From a bacterium (GTDB lineage: Bacteria > SAR324 > JACQKK01), in assembly GCA_965240465.1 (NCBI GenBank), contig OZ251219.1, positions 1,216,001 to 1,280,000 of the forward strand: DNA of 64,000 bases, read 5' to 3'. A program made the translations under genes and the position numbers. Positions 17,715 to 27,485 of the stretch are shown one piece after another. The notes under the pieces were generated by a model. That model was given only the letters and a program-made list of their open reading frames with translations. It had not been told where the DNA came from and did not search any database. How positions within the stretch are numbered: position 1 is the stretch's first letter; the number at the start of each line of letters is the position of its first letter.

Positions 17715-20102
17715 CTAGCCTGCTTTATCGGCTTCTAGTAGTTCTTTGCGTATGGTGGGGAATATATTGGGACGGACGACTAGGGCACTAGCTAGTTGCA
17801 GTGGTCTCCAGTGTGCGAAGAAGCTGAGATTACCAGCGGAGATATTGCTAACGACGGCTGGCAAGTTAAGTTCTCTGGCTCTGCGGATGCCGTGTTCAAG
17901 CATGCTTAGTACGGCTGGATGTTTTTCGTCATAGAAGTCTCGTGCGAGTATATTGTTGGCGTCGGTGCCTTGTGCGAGTTGTGCGATATCGGCTACGCTG
18001 AATATGATTCCGTCCACCAAGTTTTTCAGTTCTTCTAGGATGTATATTTGGCATGGGGTTCGGATGAGTAGGTGTATATTCAGATTATCTTTGCTGGCTC
18101 TGAGTTTATTATTTGATAGAATATCCAGCAGTTTTTGGGTTTCTTTAGGGCTTTGTGTTGCGGGCAGGATGAGTTCTATTTGATTTTGCCCTAGTTCATT
18201 GCGAGCCCGAACGATGGCTTGAAGTTCCAGTTGGAAGGCTTTTTCGTAATCTAGGTCTTGGTAGCGGGAAACTCCTCTTGCTCCTAGGAGGGGGTTTTTT
18301 TCTATTTCGGTGAATTTAGTGCCTCCGATGAGCCGTGACATTTGGTCGCTGGTGGCATCAGAGAGCAGTACTCGGGTAGGTTTGGGGTATACTGAGGCGG
18401 CAATTTGGGCGATCATTTGAGAGAGTTTACGCAGGAAGAAATCTTTTTTATCGGGAAAGCCCACGCTGATTTCGTCCAGCTTATTTTTGTCATCAATGTA
18501 GGGGTAGTTGATAATTGCTAGCGGATGGACGGGCATTTCATGGGAGAGCAGTTCATCTACCCGCAGCAGACCGACCCCTTCATTAGGATAGCGAGCATCG
18601 GAGAAGCTTTGGTCGGGTTTAGCTTGGTGGAACATCAGTGATAGGGAGGGCATTTTCAGTTCGGAGAGTTTAACTGTTTCTTCTTTGAAGGGCAGCAAGC
18701 CATCATAGACTACTCCCTTGCTACCACCTGCACAGGATACGGTTATTTCCTGCCGATCATTTATGCTATTAGTTGCTCCTTCGGCTCCCACTATGCAGGG
18801 AATACCCAACTCGCGAGATATTATGGCAGCATGACTGGTGCGTCCACCCAGTTCGGTGACGATTGCAGAGGCGATGTTCATGATTGGTACCCAGTCGGGA
18901 TCGGTAATTTCTGTTACCAGCACCATGCCCTTCTTAAACATGTTGATGTCTCTGGCAGTCCTTAGTACGCAAGCTTGTCCACTGCCGACATAATCACCTA
19001 CAGCCATACCTGAACAGAGTATTCGGCTAGTTTTTTCCAGTTTTACTTGATGGATCAGGTCGGTATCGCGTCGGGAGATTACGGTTTCTGGTCGGGCTTG
19101 AACGATGAACAATTCCCCTGTTTTACCATCTTTAGCCCATTCTATGTCCATGGGTTTTCGGTAGCCGGCTTCTTGAGAATAGTGGTCTTCAATGATTTTC
19201 GCCCACTTAGCTAGTGTATAGACATCATCATCGCTGAGGCAAAATTGATCGCGTTCTGCTTGGGGGACGTCTTTATTTTCTATTCCCCTAGATCTCAGAT
19301 AGACCATCCGCTTTTGTTTTGCTCCCAGCAATGAGTAGATAATCGCCTTTTTGTTTAGGCTCAGGCTGGGCTTGTGAACGTACCATTCATCGGGATTGAT
19401 GGCTCCTTGTACGACATTTTCTCCTAGTCCATAACCGCCAGTGATGTAAATAGCGTCCTTAAAACCGCTTTCGGTATCAATGGAGAACATTACTCCTGCC
19501 GAGGCTAGGTCGCTACGCACCATTTTTTGTACTGCAATGGAAAGCGATACGGAGAAATGATCGAATTTCTTTTCCTGACGGTAAGCGATGGCTCTATTGG
19601 TGAACAAGGAGGCAAAGCAATTGCGGCATGATGTCAGTAGACATTTGTTTCCCTTTACGTTTAGGTAGCTTTCCTGTTGTCCTGCGAAGGAGGCATCGGG
19701 GAGGTCTTCTGCGGTAGCGGAGGATCTGATGGCAACATCTACATTTTTAGTTTTGTATTCATCACCCAGCTGCTCGTAAGCATCGGTGATGGAGTTGGCA
19801 AGCTCCTTAGACATGGATACCGAGCGAATTAAATCTCGGATATTCTTACCACGTTTAGCTAAATCCTTGATGTTTTTACCATCCAGACCTTTTAGGATGT
19901 CTACAATTTTTTCCTTAATGCCAGTACTTTCAACAAAATGATTGTAAGCATGTGCCGAAATAGCAAATCCACTGGGAATTCGTATGCCCCTGATGGTCAA
20001 ATTAGAGAACATTTCTCCTAAGGAAGCATTTTTGCCTCCCACGATGGGGACATCGCGGATGTCTAGATCTGCGAACCAATAAATGAAGTTGTTTCTTGCC
20101 AT
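17715..20102 (-). CDS. ppsA: PEP synthase (PpsA) homolog with degenerate C-terminal pyruvate/PEP domain
   Basis: VGGKNASLGEM, RSSATAEDLPDASFAGQQ, DIEWAKDG...VQARPETV and GGRTSHAAI are intact; C-terminal MCEIP, GSND and GICG motifs are absent. Confidence 0.9.
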   Translation of the reverse strand: MARNNFIYWFADLDIRDVPIVGGKNASLGEMFSNLTIRGIRIPSGFAISAHAYNHFVESTGIKEKIVDILKGLDGKNIKDLAKRGKNIRDLIRSVSMSKELANSITDAYEQLGDEYKTKNVDVAIRSSATAEDLPDASFAGQQESYLNVKGNKCLLTSCRNCFASLFTNRAIAYRQEKKFDHFSVSLSIAVQKMVRSDLASAGVMFSIDTESGFKDAIYITGGYGLGENVVQGAINPDEWYVHKPSLSLNKKAIIYSLLGAKQKRMVYLRSRGIENKDVPQAERDQFCLSDDDVYTLAKWAKIIEDHYSQEAGYRKPMDIEWAKDGKTGELFIVQARPETVISRRDTDLIHQVKLEKTSRILCSGMAVGDYVGSGQACVLRTARDINMFKKGMVLVTEITDPDWVPIMNIASAIVTELGGRTSHAAIISRELGIPCIVGAEGATNSINDRQEITVSCAGGSKGVVYDGLLPFKEETVKLSELKMPSLSLMFHQAKPDQSFSDARYPNEGVGLLRVDELLSHEMPVHPLAIINYPYIDDKNKLDEISVGFPDKKDFFLRKLSQMIAQIAASVYPKPTRVLLSDATSDQMSRLIGGTKFTEIEKNPLLGARGVSRYQDLDYEKAFQLELQAIVRARNELGQNQIELILPATQSPKETQKLLDILSNNKLRASKDNLNIHLLIRTPCQIYILEELKNLVDGIIFSVADIAQLAQGTDANNILARDFYDEKHPAVLSMLEHGIRRARELNLPAVVSNISAGNLSFFAHWRPLQLASALVVRPNIFPTIRKELLEADKAG

Positions 20103-20245
20103 GTTGCGTCAATCTCTGAGGGTGATAGGTACAATCTCTAAGGGTAATAGGTACAATCAGGGAACAAATATAATAATAGACAGATCTAATCAGGGATAAA
20201 TGCCATCTCTCTGTGAGAAATTTTCTTAAAGAACTTTAAGAAGCC

Positions 20246-20635
20246 TTAAGAAATAACGCCATCTGTAGTTAATTTGTCAATTATGGACTCCATTTCTTCT
20301 ACATCTTCCACATAGGGTATATCAAAGGTATCAGAAATCTTTTTATGTACGCTCCAGAGTTGTGAATGTACCGAATCGGGCTTGGTGGATAACAAAATCT
20401 CCTCATTTTTGCTTTCTTGAAACCTAGCCAGACCCTCAGCGATGTTGGTAAAGTAAGGGCGAAATTCCTTTTCGCCAAGTCCTGCTAGGGTTTTGGCGGT
20501 CTTAAATGCCATGTTAAAGTAGTTGGTCGCTGATTCCTGATCCTTATTCTGCAAGTCAGTGATGCCCTGCTTGACACACTTATTAAGGCGATTGAATAAT
20601 TTTAAGTTGCGTACCGTTTTAAGTGTATCGCTCAT
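20246..20635 (-). CDS. Hypothetical alpha-helical protein
   Basis: AAGGA RBS before ATG at 20635; co-oriented upstream of ppsA. Confidence 0.7.
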   Translation of the reverse strand: MSDTLKTVRNLKLFNRLNKCVKQGITDLQNKDQESATNYFNMAFKTAKTLAGLGEKEFRPYFTNIAEGLARFQESKNEEILLSTKPDSVHSQLWSVHKKISDTFDIPYVEDVEEMESIIDKLTTDGVIS

Positions 20636-20982
20636 ATGACAAAATTCCTTAAACAACTATTAAAAAAATCCAAATATGGACCAAATATAAAGCACCTTGA
20701 CCCAAAGCCAGCTACCTTGTCATTAAGCCACCAGCTACCTAAGCCACCAGCCACCTCTCGAGAAGCTACCAGCTACCTTTAAGGTCTTCATGTACTATGT
20801 AAGCATGATACTAATTTATTTACAAGCATTCTAGCTGGTAAGTATTAGAATGCCATAAGCAAGTACTCGTGCTAGATTTGGCATGGGAGCATGAATTCTC
20901 TCAGTAGCAGACCGAGAATAACACCTAAAAAGAACATCCGAACAGAACATCCGAACAGAACATCCAAAAATAACATCTAAGC

Positions 20983-22863
20983 ATGGACAAAAAAAGCAAG
21001 CAGCCAGTAAATAAGAGGGTTAAGAAAAATAAGATTGATGGGGGAATTCTGGTAATCAATTTTGGGGGTCAATATGCTCATTTGATTGCCAAGCAAATTC
21101 GTAGTTTGGGGGCAAGTGCAATCATGGATTCTCCTGAAGTGCTACCACATGATTATAGGGCGGAGGGATTAAAGGGTATCATTTTATCGGGTGGTCCGCG
21201 TTCGGTATGGGAGGGGGGATCGCCAGAATTAAATCCCTTTTTGTGGAGGACCAAGTTGCCGATCTTAGGGTTGTGTTATGGACATCAGTTAATTGCGAGG
21301 ATCTATGGTGGCGGAGTGAATACTCAGCAACAGGGAGAATATGGCAAGACCCGCTTGGAATCAGTAGATACTAGCCATCCGCTATTTAAGGGATTGGAAA
21401 ATGCCGTAAAGTCTAGGGGAAGCAGAATGCGGGAGGTCTGGATGAGCCATCAAGATACCGTCCGCGAGGCTCCCCCAGGATTTGAGGTTTTGGCAAGTAC
21501 CAGGGAATGCCCTGTGATAGCGATGGCTGATGATGAGCGAAAACGATATGGTTTGCAGTTTCATCCAGAGGTAAAGGACACTCCCTTTGGCAGGGATATC
21601 TTGGCTAATTTTTTAGAATTAGCAGAGGTAAAGATTGATCGGAGTATGAGGGATGTACAGGCTGATTTAGAAAAGCAATGCAAGATTCAAGTGGGTGAAC
21701 GCAAGGTGCTGATGTTCTTAAGTGGTGGGGTGGATAGCACGGTAGCATTTGCCTTATTGAATAATGCCTTGGGTGTGGATCGGGTACGGGGAATCTTTGT
21801 GGATAATGGCTTCTTGCGTTTGGGTGAGGTGGAGCAGGTACGGAAATCTTATGCTGCTTTGGGATGGAAGAATATCAAGTATGTAGATGCCTCAGCCTAT
21901 TTTTTGCGGGCTTTGAAGGGTTTGACTGATCCTCAGGAGAAGCGGATCGCGGTAGGGGAGGCATTTTTAAGAGTACGGGATATTCAGTTAAAGGAGATGG
22001 GATTAAATCCTGAGGAGTGGATGTTGGGGCAGGGGACTTTGTATCCTGATATTATTGAATCTGGCGGAGAGGAGCATGCGGCGGTAATCAAGTGGCATCA
22101 TAATCGGGTGCCTGCGATAGCTGACATGATTAAGGCTGGTTTGGTGATTGAACCCTTAAAGGATTTATACAAGGATGAGGTGCGTGAATTGGGGACGGAG
22201 CTGGGTTTGCCAAAGGAGTTGGTATGGCGACATCCTTTCCCGGGCCCGGGGTTATCCATCAATGTGATTTGCTCGCATTGGGGGGAACACTCAATCGTAG
22301 ATCCTGTTAAGGGATCGCAGATGGATGAGTTGCCAAGTGGCTGTGGCTATAAGGGGATGGTATTGCCAGTGTTTTCGGTGGGGGTACAGGGGGATGCCCG
22401 CACTTATGTTAATCCAGCGTGCTTGAGCGGTCTACCAGACTGGGAGGCTTTGGAGGATTTATCTACCAATATAACCAATGAGGTGAGTGAGGTTAATCGG
22501 GTGGTGTATTTATTGGGTGGGCAGTTGTCGGATTTGTCCTTGCAGGTGGGATTTTGCGACAAGGGGCGTTTGGATGTGCTTCGCGATGCGGATTGGCTAG
22601 CGACCACTGCTTTTGAAAAAGCTGGCTGGATGGAGAAGATTTTTCAGTTGTTGGTGATCTTGCTTCCATTTGGTAAGTCTGCTAAATCAGGTTCTGTGGT
22701 GTTGCGACCAGTCATTTCGGAGGATGTAATGACGGCTAGATTCGCCCAGCCTCCTTGGGAGTTATTGGAGGAATTAACTCCTCAGTTGTTGGAATTGCCA
22801 GCTATTGATGCGGTATTCTATGATATAACGCATAAGCCACCAGCTACTTTTGGCTGGGAATAG
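20983..22863 (+). CDS. guaA: GMP synthase (glutamine-hydrolysing)
   Basis: GIILSGGP, GLCYGHQ, QFHPEV, SGGVDS, QGTLYPD, HPFPGPGL and KPPATFGWE motifs. Confidence 0.97.
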   Translation: MDKKSKQPVNKRVKKNKIDGGILVINFGGQYAHLIAKQIRSLGASAIMDSPEVLPHDYRAEGLKGIILSGGPRSVWEGGSPELNPFLWRTKLPILGLCYGHQLIARIYGGGVNTQQQGEYGKTRLESVDTSHPLFKGLENAVKSRGSRMREVWMSHQDTVREAPPGFEVLASTRECPVIAMADDERKRYGLQFHPEVKDTPFGRDILANFLELAEVKIDRSMRDVQADLEKQCKIQVGERKVLMFLSGGVDSTVAFALLNNALGVDRVRGIFVDNGFLRLGEVEQVRKSYAALGWKNIKYVDASAYFLRALKGLTDPQEKRIAVGEAFLRVRDIQLKEMGLNPEEWMLGQGTLYPDIIESGGEEHAAVIKWHHNRVPAIADMIKAGLVIEPLKDLYKDEVRELGTELGLPKELVWRHPFPGPGLSINVICSHWGEHSIVDPVKGSQMDELPSGCGYKGMVLPVFSVGVQGDARTYVNPACLSGLPDWEALEDLSTNITNEVSEVNRVVYLLGGQLSDLSLQVGFCDKGRLDVLRDADWLATTAFEKAGWMEKIFQLLVILLPFGKSAKSGSVVLRPVISEDVMTARFAQPPWELLEELTPQLLELPAIDAVFYDITHKPPATFGWE

Positions 22864-22917
22864 CCTCCCCAGTGATTATACTCAGTGATTATACTCGGTT
22901 AGCATTGTCTAGTTTCA

Positions 22918-24108
22918 ATGAAAAAGAATTCTGATGGAGTAGTAGGGGTAGCAACAGAAAAGAGATTATTTGCTGCGAGGGTTATTGTAGATGCTAGGTT
23001 TTTGGGGAGTGGTTCTGGGTTAGACGCTTATGTGAGGCATTTATTGCCTGAGGTGGCTAGATTATTACCTAAGGTGGAATTCATATTATTAGCTGATCCT
23101 GAGGTTAGATTGCGATTTTCGTGGTTAGATGGCGAGCAGTTTTCTATTTATCCCATGTTGAGTAAGGCTTATTCTTGGGGGGAGCAGTGGAGATTTTTTG
23201 GTGTTCCTAGGGGTGATTTGTTTTGGTCTTGCAATTTCAACGTTCCTATTTTTTTTACTAGTCCTTTTTTTCCTACTAGGACTTTGCTAGTGACAATCCA
23301 TGATTTAATGCTTGATAATTTTTATGCTACCAAGTTGCCGTGGTACAAGCTCAGAATGTTGCGAGTTTATATGCGGACGATCATCAAGAAGGCGGCGGGG
23401 ATTATTTGTATTTCGGGATTTAGTAGAAATGAGATTGTATGGAGATATGGTTTACCTGCTGGTCGGCTAAAAGTAATTAGGTTGGGAGTAGCTGATAGTT
23501 GGTTTAGGCTACGGGCGGACAAGAGAACAGTCCATGCCCGCCCATTTTTTTTGTTTGTGGGTAATTTGAGGCAACACAAAAACTTAGTTAATCTTATTTA
23601 TGCTTTTCGTCAGGTGCGAGAAAAAACGAAACATGATTTGGTTATCATAGGCAGTGCAAAGGGAAAATTCGGCACTGATAGCGAGGTCTTGAAATTGATG
23701 CATTCTGAAACGAGGGTTTATTATAAGGGGTCTTTATCGCAAGAGCAGACGGAGCAGTTTTTTATTCAGTGCGATGCCTTTGTGTTTCCATCTTTGTACG
23801 AGGGGTTTGGTCTACCTCCCTTAGAGGCGATGGCTTGTGGAAAGCCCGTGGTAGCTTCTTATAGCACGGCAATTCCCGAGGTCTGTAATAAGGCGGTGCT
23901 GTACTTTGACCCTCTGGATGTTGATGACATCGCTGAAAAAATGTTGCGGGTAACGAAAGATAAAAATTTACGCCAACAGCTAGTGCATGATGGTCATTTG
24001 CGGGCGAGGCAGTTCACTTGGAAAAATTGTGCTAAGGAAACCAGTGAGCTATTGTTGGATGTCCTGCAAAAAACAAAAAAAGGTAGGCTAAGCCTAGCTA
24101 AACACTAA
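22918..24108 (+). CDS. Glycosyltransferase family 4
   Basis: VTIHDL, HKNL and FPSLYEGFGLPPLEAMACG motifs. Confidence 0.92.
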   Translation: MKKNSDGVVGVATEKRLFAARVIVDARFLGSGSGLDAYVRHLLPEVARLLPKVEFILLADPEVRLRFSWLDGEQFSIYPMLSKAYSWGEQWRFFGVPRGDLFWSCNFNVPIFFTSPFFPTRTLLVTIHDLMLDNFYATKLPWYKLRMLRVYMRTIIKKAAGIICISGFSRNEIVWRYGLPAGRLKVIRLGVADSWFRLRADKRTVHARPFFLFVGNLRQHKNLVNLIYAFRQVREKTKHDLVIIGSAKGKFGTDSEVLKLMHSETRVYYKGSLSQEQTEQFFIQCDAFVFPSLYEGFGLPPLEAMACGKPVVASYSTAIPEVCNKAVLYFDPLDVDDIAEKMLRVTKDKNLRQQLVHDGHLRARQFTWKNCAKETSELLLDVLQKTKKGRLSLAKH

Positions 24109-24123
24109 GAATGAGTCAGGGCA

Positions 24124-25245
24124 GTGAAAATTGCGGTTGTTTGTGATTGGCTGGATAGCTATTCGGGTGCAGAGCGGGTTCTAGAACAGATATTATATTT
24201 GTTCCCTGAGGCTACCTTGTATTCGCTGGTGGATTTTGTTCAAGAGAGAGAATTCTTACAGGGACATAAACCGCGAACTAGTCTTTTACAGCATTTTCCT
24301 TGGGCACGGAGGCATTTTCGGGCTTTTCTGCCTCTGATGCCCAGGATGATAGAAAGCCTCAATCTGCGAGATTATGACGTAATAATATCTAGTTCTCATG
24401 CGGTAGCAAAGGGAGTACGGGTTCGGGCTAATCAATTACATTTGTGTTACTGCCATACTCCGATGCGATATGCGTGGATATTTGAGTCGCAGTACTTAGC
24501 CAGCCTAGGCGGAGCAATGAATCCTGCGGTATGGGCTGCTCGGCTGCTGATGAGGCAGATCAGGCGTTGGGATGCGGGCTGTTGTGATAGGGTATCCAAA
24601 TTCGTAGCCAATTCTCACTATGTAGCGGCTCGGATTAAGACTGTTTATGGTCGCGTGGCGGAAGTGATTTATCCTCCGGTGGATGTGTCTCGCTTTCGGG
24701 TAGGAAAGTGGCCGCGACGAGGACCTTATTGCACGGCGTCGCGCTTGGTACCCTACAAAAGAATTGATCTGCTGAGTGAAGCTTTTTCGCAAATGCCAGC
24801 GCGTCAATTGGTGGTCATCGGAGGAGGAAAAGCTCTGCCTCATTTGCGTGCTAGGGCACCTGCCAATGTGAAATTTCTGGGTCACCTTCCTCCAGAGGAA
24901 ATGCAGCAGCACTTGCGTGAAGCCCGAGCCTTCTTATTTGCAGCCGAAGAAGATTTTGGTATTCTTCCCGTAGAAGCCCAAGCCAGCGGAACTCCAGTGC
25001 TTGCCTACGGCAAAGGAGGAGTGTTAGAGTCGGTCAGGGGCTTGGATAATCGGCATCCAACAGGGATATTCTTTCCTGAGCAAAGTGTTTCGTCAGTAAT
25101 CCAAGCAGTGGAAAAATTTGAACAACTGGAAGCCAACTTTTCGCCTGCTGCCTGTCGTAAAAATGCCGAACGCTTCTCTAATGAAATTTTCAGGCGTGCT
25201 TTCTTCAGAACTTTCTCTAAACTTGTCAATGATGCTCGCGGTTAA
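24124..25245 (+). CDS. Glycosyltransferase family 4 (WbaZ-like)
   Basis: DWLDSYSGAERV, YCHTPMRYAW, SRLVPYKRID and EEDFGILPVEAQASGTPV motifs. Confidence 0.92.
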   Translation: MKIAVVCDWLDSYSGAERVLEQILYLFPEATLYSLVDFVQEREFLQGHKPRTSLLQHFPWARRHFRAFLPLMPRMIESLNLRDYDVIISSSHAVAKGVRVRANQLHLCYCHTPMRYAWIFESQYLASLGGAMNPAVWAARLLMRQIRRWDAGCCDRVSKFVANSHYVAARIKTVYGRVAEVIYPPVDVSRFRVGKWPRRGPYCTASRLVPYKRIDLLSEAFSQMPARQLVVIGGGKALPHLRARAPANVKFLGHLPPEEMQQHLREARAFLFAAEEDFGILPVEAQASGTPVLAYGKGGVLESVRGLDNRHPTGIFFPEQSVSSVIQAVEKFEQLEANFSPAACRKNAERFSNEIFRRAFFRTFSKLVNDARG

Positions 25246-25319
25246 TCGCTGAAGCTCATTAAAAACAAAACGTAAGGCAGAACGTAAAGCAGAACATATC
25301 ACTTCGGATAATTGAAACA

Positions 25320-26072
25320 ATGAGAGCCTTAAAAAAGCAAACAGTAATGCCTATCGGTACCCAACCTAACAAGGTGATTGCGTCTGTATTTTCATCTATC
25401 AGGGAGGTTATACAACCAAGACTGGAATTGCCAAAGGGGATGCAATACAACCAGCGTCTAAAAATGGAGGGTCTCCATTTTCTTGGCAAAATACCAGATA
25501 AACAAATATCCGTTGCCTTTCTAGACCCTCAATATAGAGGGGTGCTAGACCATTTGAACTATGGCAATGAGGGAGAAAAACGCGGTAAATCACGAAGTTC
25601 ATTGCCACAAATGACCGACAACATACCCAAATTTGTGCAAGAAATAGATCGCGTCTTAATCCCCAGTGGTCACTTGTTTCTCTGGATGGATAAATTCCAT
25701 TTGTGTACTGGGTTTCAGGATTGGTTGGATGGCACCTCTTTAGATGTGGTTGACATGGTCACTTGGGATAAGGGCAGGATCGGCATGGGATACAGAACAC
25801 GCCGTACTGGGGAATATCTCATTGTGCTGCAAAAAGAGCCACGCAAGGCAAAGGGAGTATGGAAGGTCCATAATATCCCCGATGTTTATAAAGAAAAAGT
25901 ACCCAATGGAAATGGAGTACATCCAAAACCAGTAGGGCTACAGGGAGAACTCATAGAAGCCGTTTCAAACTCGGGAGATGTGGTGATAGACCCCGCGGCA
26001 GGGTCTTTTTCCGTGTTAAGGGCTTGCGAAAAACTGAGGCGTAATTTCTTGGGTTGTGATATTAACGGATAA
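25320..26072 (+). CDS. Site-specific DNA methyltransferase (N4/N6, beta class)
   Basis: Motif IV variant DPQY, HPKP, motif I DPAAGSFS and FLGCDI. Confidence 0.88.
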   Translation: MRALKKQTVMPIGTQPNKVIASVFSSIREVIQPRLELPKGMQYNQRLKMEGLHFLGKIPDKQISVAFLDPQYRGVLDHLNYGNEGEKRGKSRSSLPQMTDNIPKFVQEIDRVLIPSGHLFLWMDKFHLCTGFQDWLDGTSLDVVDMVTWDKGRIGMGYRTRRTGEYLIVLQKEPRKAKGVWKVHNIPDVYKEKVPNGNGVHPKPVGLQGELIEAVSNSGDVVIDPAAGSFSVLRACEKLRRNFLGCDING

Positions 26073-26534
26073 TGGCTCTTTTAAAAAATGCCCGTGGGAG
26101 AAAAAACGGGGAGAGTAGCAACTATTCTAGGCTGCTAGGCAATCCCGACTTAGGTAAGCTGATAAGTCGCGTACACGCATCAACTATCACAGCTGGATTG
26201 GAATTGGAGAAGATAATAGCTGCTCGTGTGAAATCCATTTCAGATCTAGACGATTTTCTGAGCCAAGAACTGATGCCTGATGGTGTGTTCTTAGTTACAA
26301 AGGAACAACAAGGAAGAAATACATAAAGGATTTAAGAAAAAAATATCTCTGGCTGAGTGCATGACTGGACGCGAGTTTTGCAAACTGTTAGAAATTGACT
26401 ATGATGATATTGTGGCGAATAGAAAGAAAGAAGACGCGAGTAAAAACTTTTTGTACTTCATCCAAGAATTACTAAAAATTGATGAGGTAAGGGAAGTCAT
26501 GAGAAAACATTTTGCAGACTTAAAAAATGAGTAA
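26072..26534 (+). pseudogene. Probable cognate restriction endonuclease pseudogene (internal deletion/frameshift)
   Basis: Coupled to the MTase stop (TAATG). The 84-aa frame ends at 26326; a second open frame 26304-26534 (NKEEIHKGFKKKISLAECMTGREFCKLLEIDYDDIV...) supplies a plausible C-terminus. Confidence 0.6.
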
Positions 26535-26567
26535 GCTTGTCCATAAGCCCTCAATTATTCATTAACA

Positions 26568-27485
26568 ATGGAATTTTATATGCCTTCTAAGCGTAAAAAA
26601 ACAAAAACTGCTCCCAAAATAGCCAAAAAGATCACTCCGATCCCAGCAGCTAGCCCTCCTGAATCCCAAGGGCCACGCGGATACTGGCTGGGACTGAAAA
26701 TTCTGGCTGGAACGGGTATCTTGCTGACCGCCTACTTGACAATCTTAGCTTGGCTGAATGTTTCACCATTGGCTTGTGTTGAAGGCTCCGCCTGCGAGGC
26801 AGTACAATCCAGCCGCTGGGGAAGCTTGTTGGGATTACCTACATCCCTGTTTGGATTTCTATTTTATGCCGCGATACTCGGAGTGCTATTGCGAGTTCCT
26901 AATCTGGAACGCCGTTGGCGTTTGTTGTGGCGTTTTTCCTTATCAGCCTTGGCGATAAGCCTATATCTGATGACAATATCGCTATTTGTTATCAAGGCTA
27001 CCTGCTTGTATTGTCTGGCTTCTTTGTTATTGGTGATTGCCATCTTGGTACTGGTGATCTTATCTCGCCCGCCTCAAGTGATTATTGGAAGGTGGTTAAA
27101 GTACTCTGGGGCTGGTTTTGTAGCGATATTGATAGCCGTTCATTCGGTATATGCGTTGCCAAACTTTCTGCCAGACTTTCTGCCAGGGAAGGAAGATCCC
27201 TATCTTAAGGGCTTAGCCGAGCATTTAAGTAAGAATGCCGTAATGTACGGTGCTTCTTGGTGTTCTGCCTGTAAGAAACAAAAATCTTACTTCAAGCGTT
27301 CTGCTAAACGCTTGAAATATGTGGAATGTAGCGAGAGGGGAATTAGAGGACCTCAATCACCACGCTGTATTATTAAGGGTATTAACAGCTACCCTACTTG
27401 GTTTATCAATGGAAAAAGGCATGCCCCTGGTATTATCAAGATAAAAGAGCTAGCTGAATTAACAGGGTATGAGCCTCCCCAGTAA
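26568..27485 (+). CDS. Vitamin K epoxide reductase (VKOR)-thioredoxin fusion
   Basis: Loop cysteines C-x5-C followed by SRWG, CLYC active site, C-terminal YGASWCSAC...YPTW Trx-like domain. Confidence 0.92.
   Translation: MEFYMPSKRKKTKTAPKIAKKITPIPAASPPESQGPRGYWLGLKILAGTGILLTAYLTILAWLNVSPLACVEGSACEAVQSSRWGSLLGLPTSLFGFLFYAAILGVLLRVPNLERRWRLLWRFSLSALAISLYLMTISLFVIKATCLYCLASLLLVIAILVLVILSRPPQVIIGRWLKYSGAGFVAILIAVHSVYALPNFLPDFLPGKEDPYLKGLAEHLSKNAVMYGASWCSACKKQKSYFKRSAKRLKYVECSERGIRGPQSPRCIIKGINSYPTWFINGKRHAPGIIKIKELAELTGYEPPQ

Noticed and set aside
17715-20102. ppsA or ppdK as simple pseudogenes
   Set aside because: Both are full-length with no stops or frameshifts, and the losses are confined to one domain while the others are highly conserved.
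3359-27485. HTTM protein plus VKOR as a vitamin-K-dependent carboxylation system
   Set aside because: The genes are 22 kb apart, and the VKOR-Trx fusion is adequately explained as a disulfide-bond formation enzyme.
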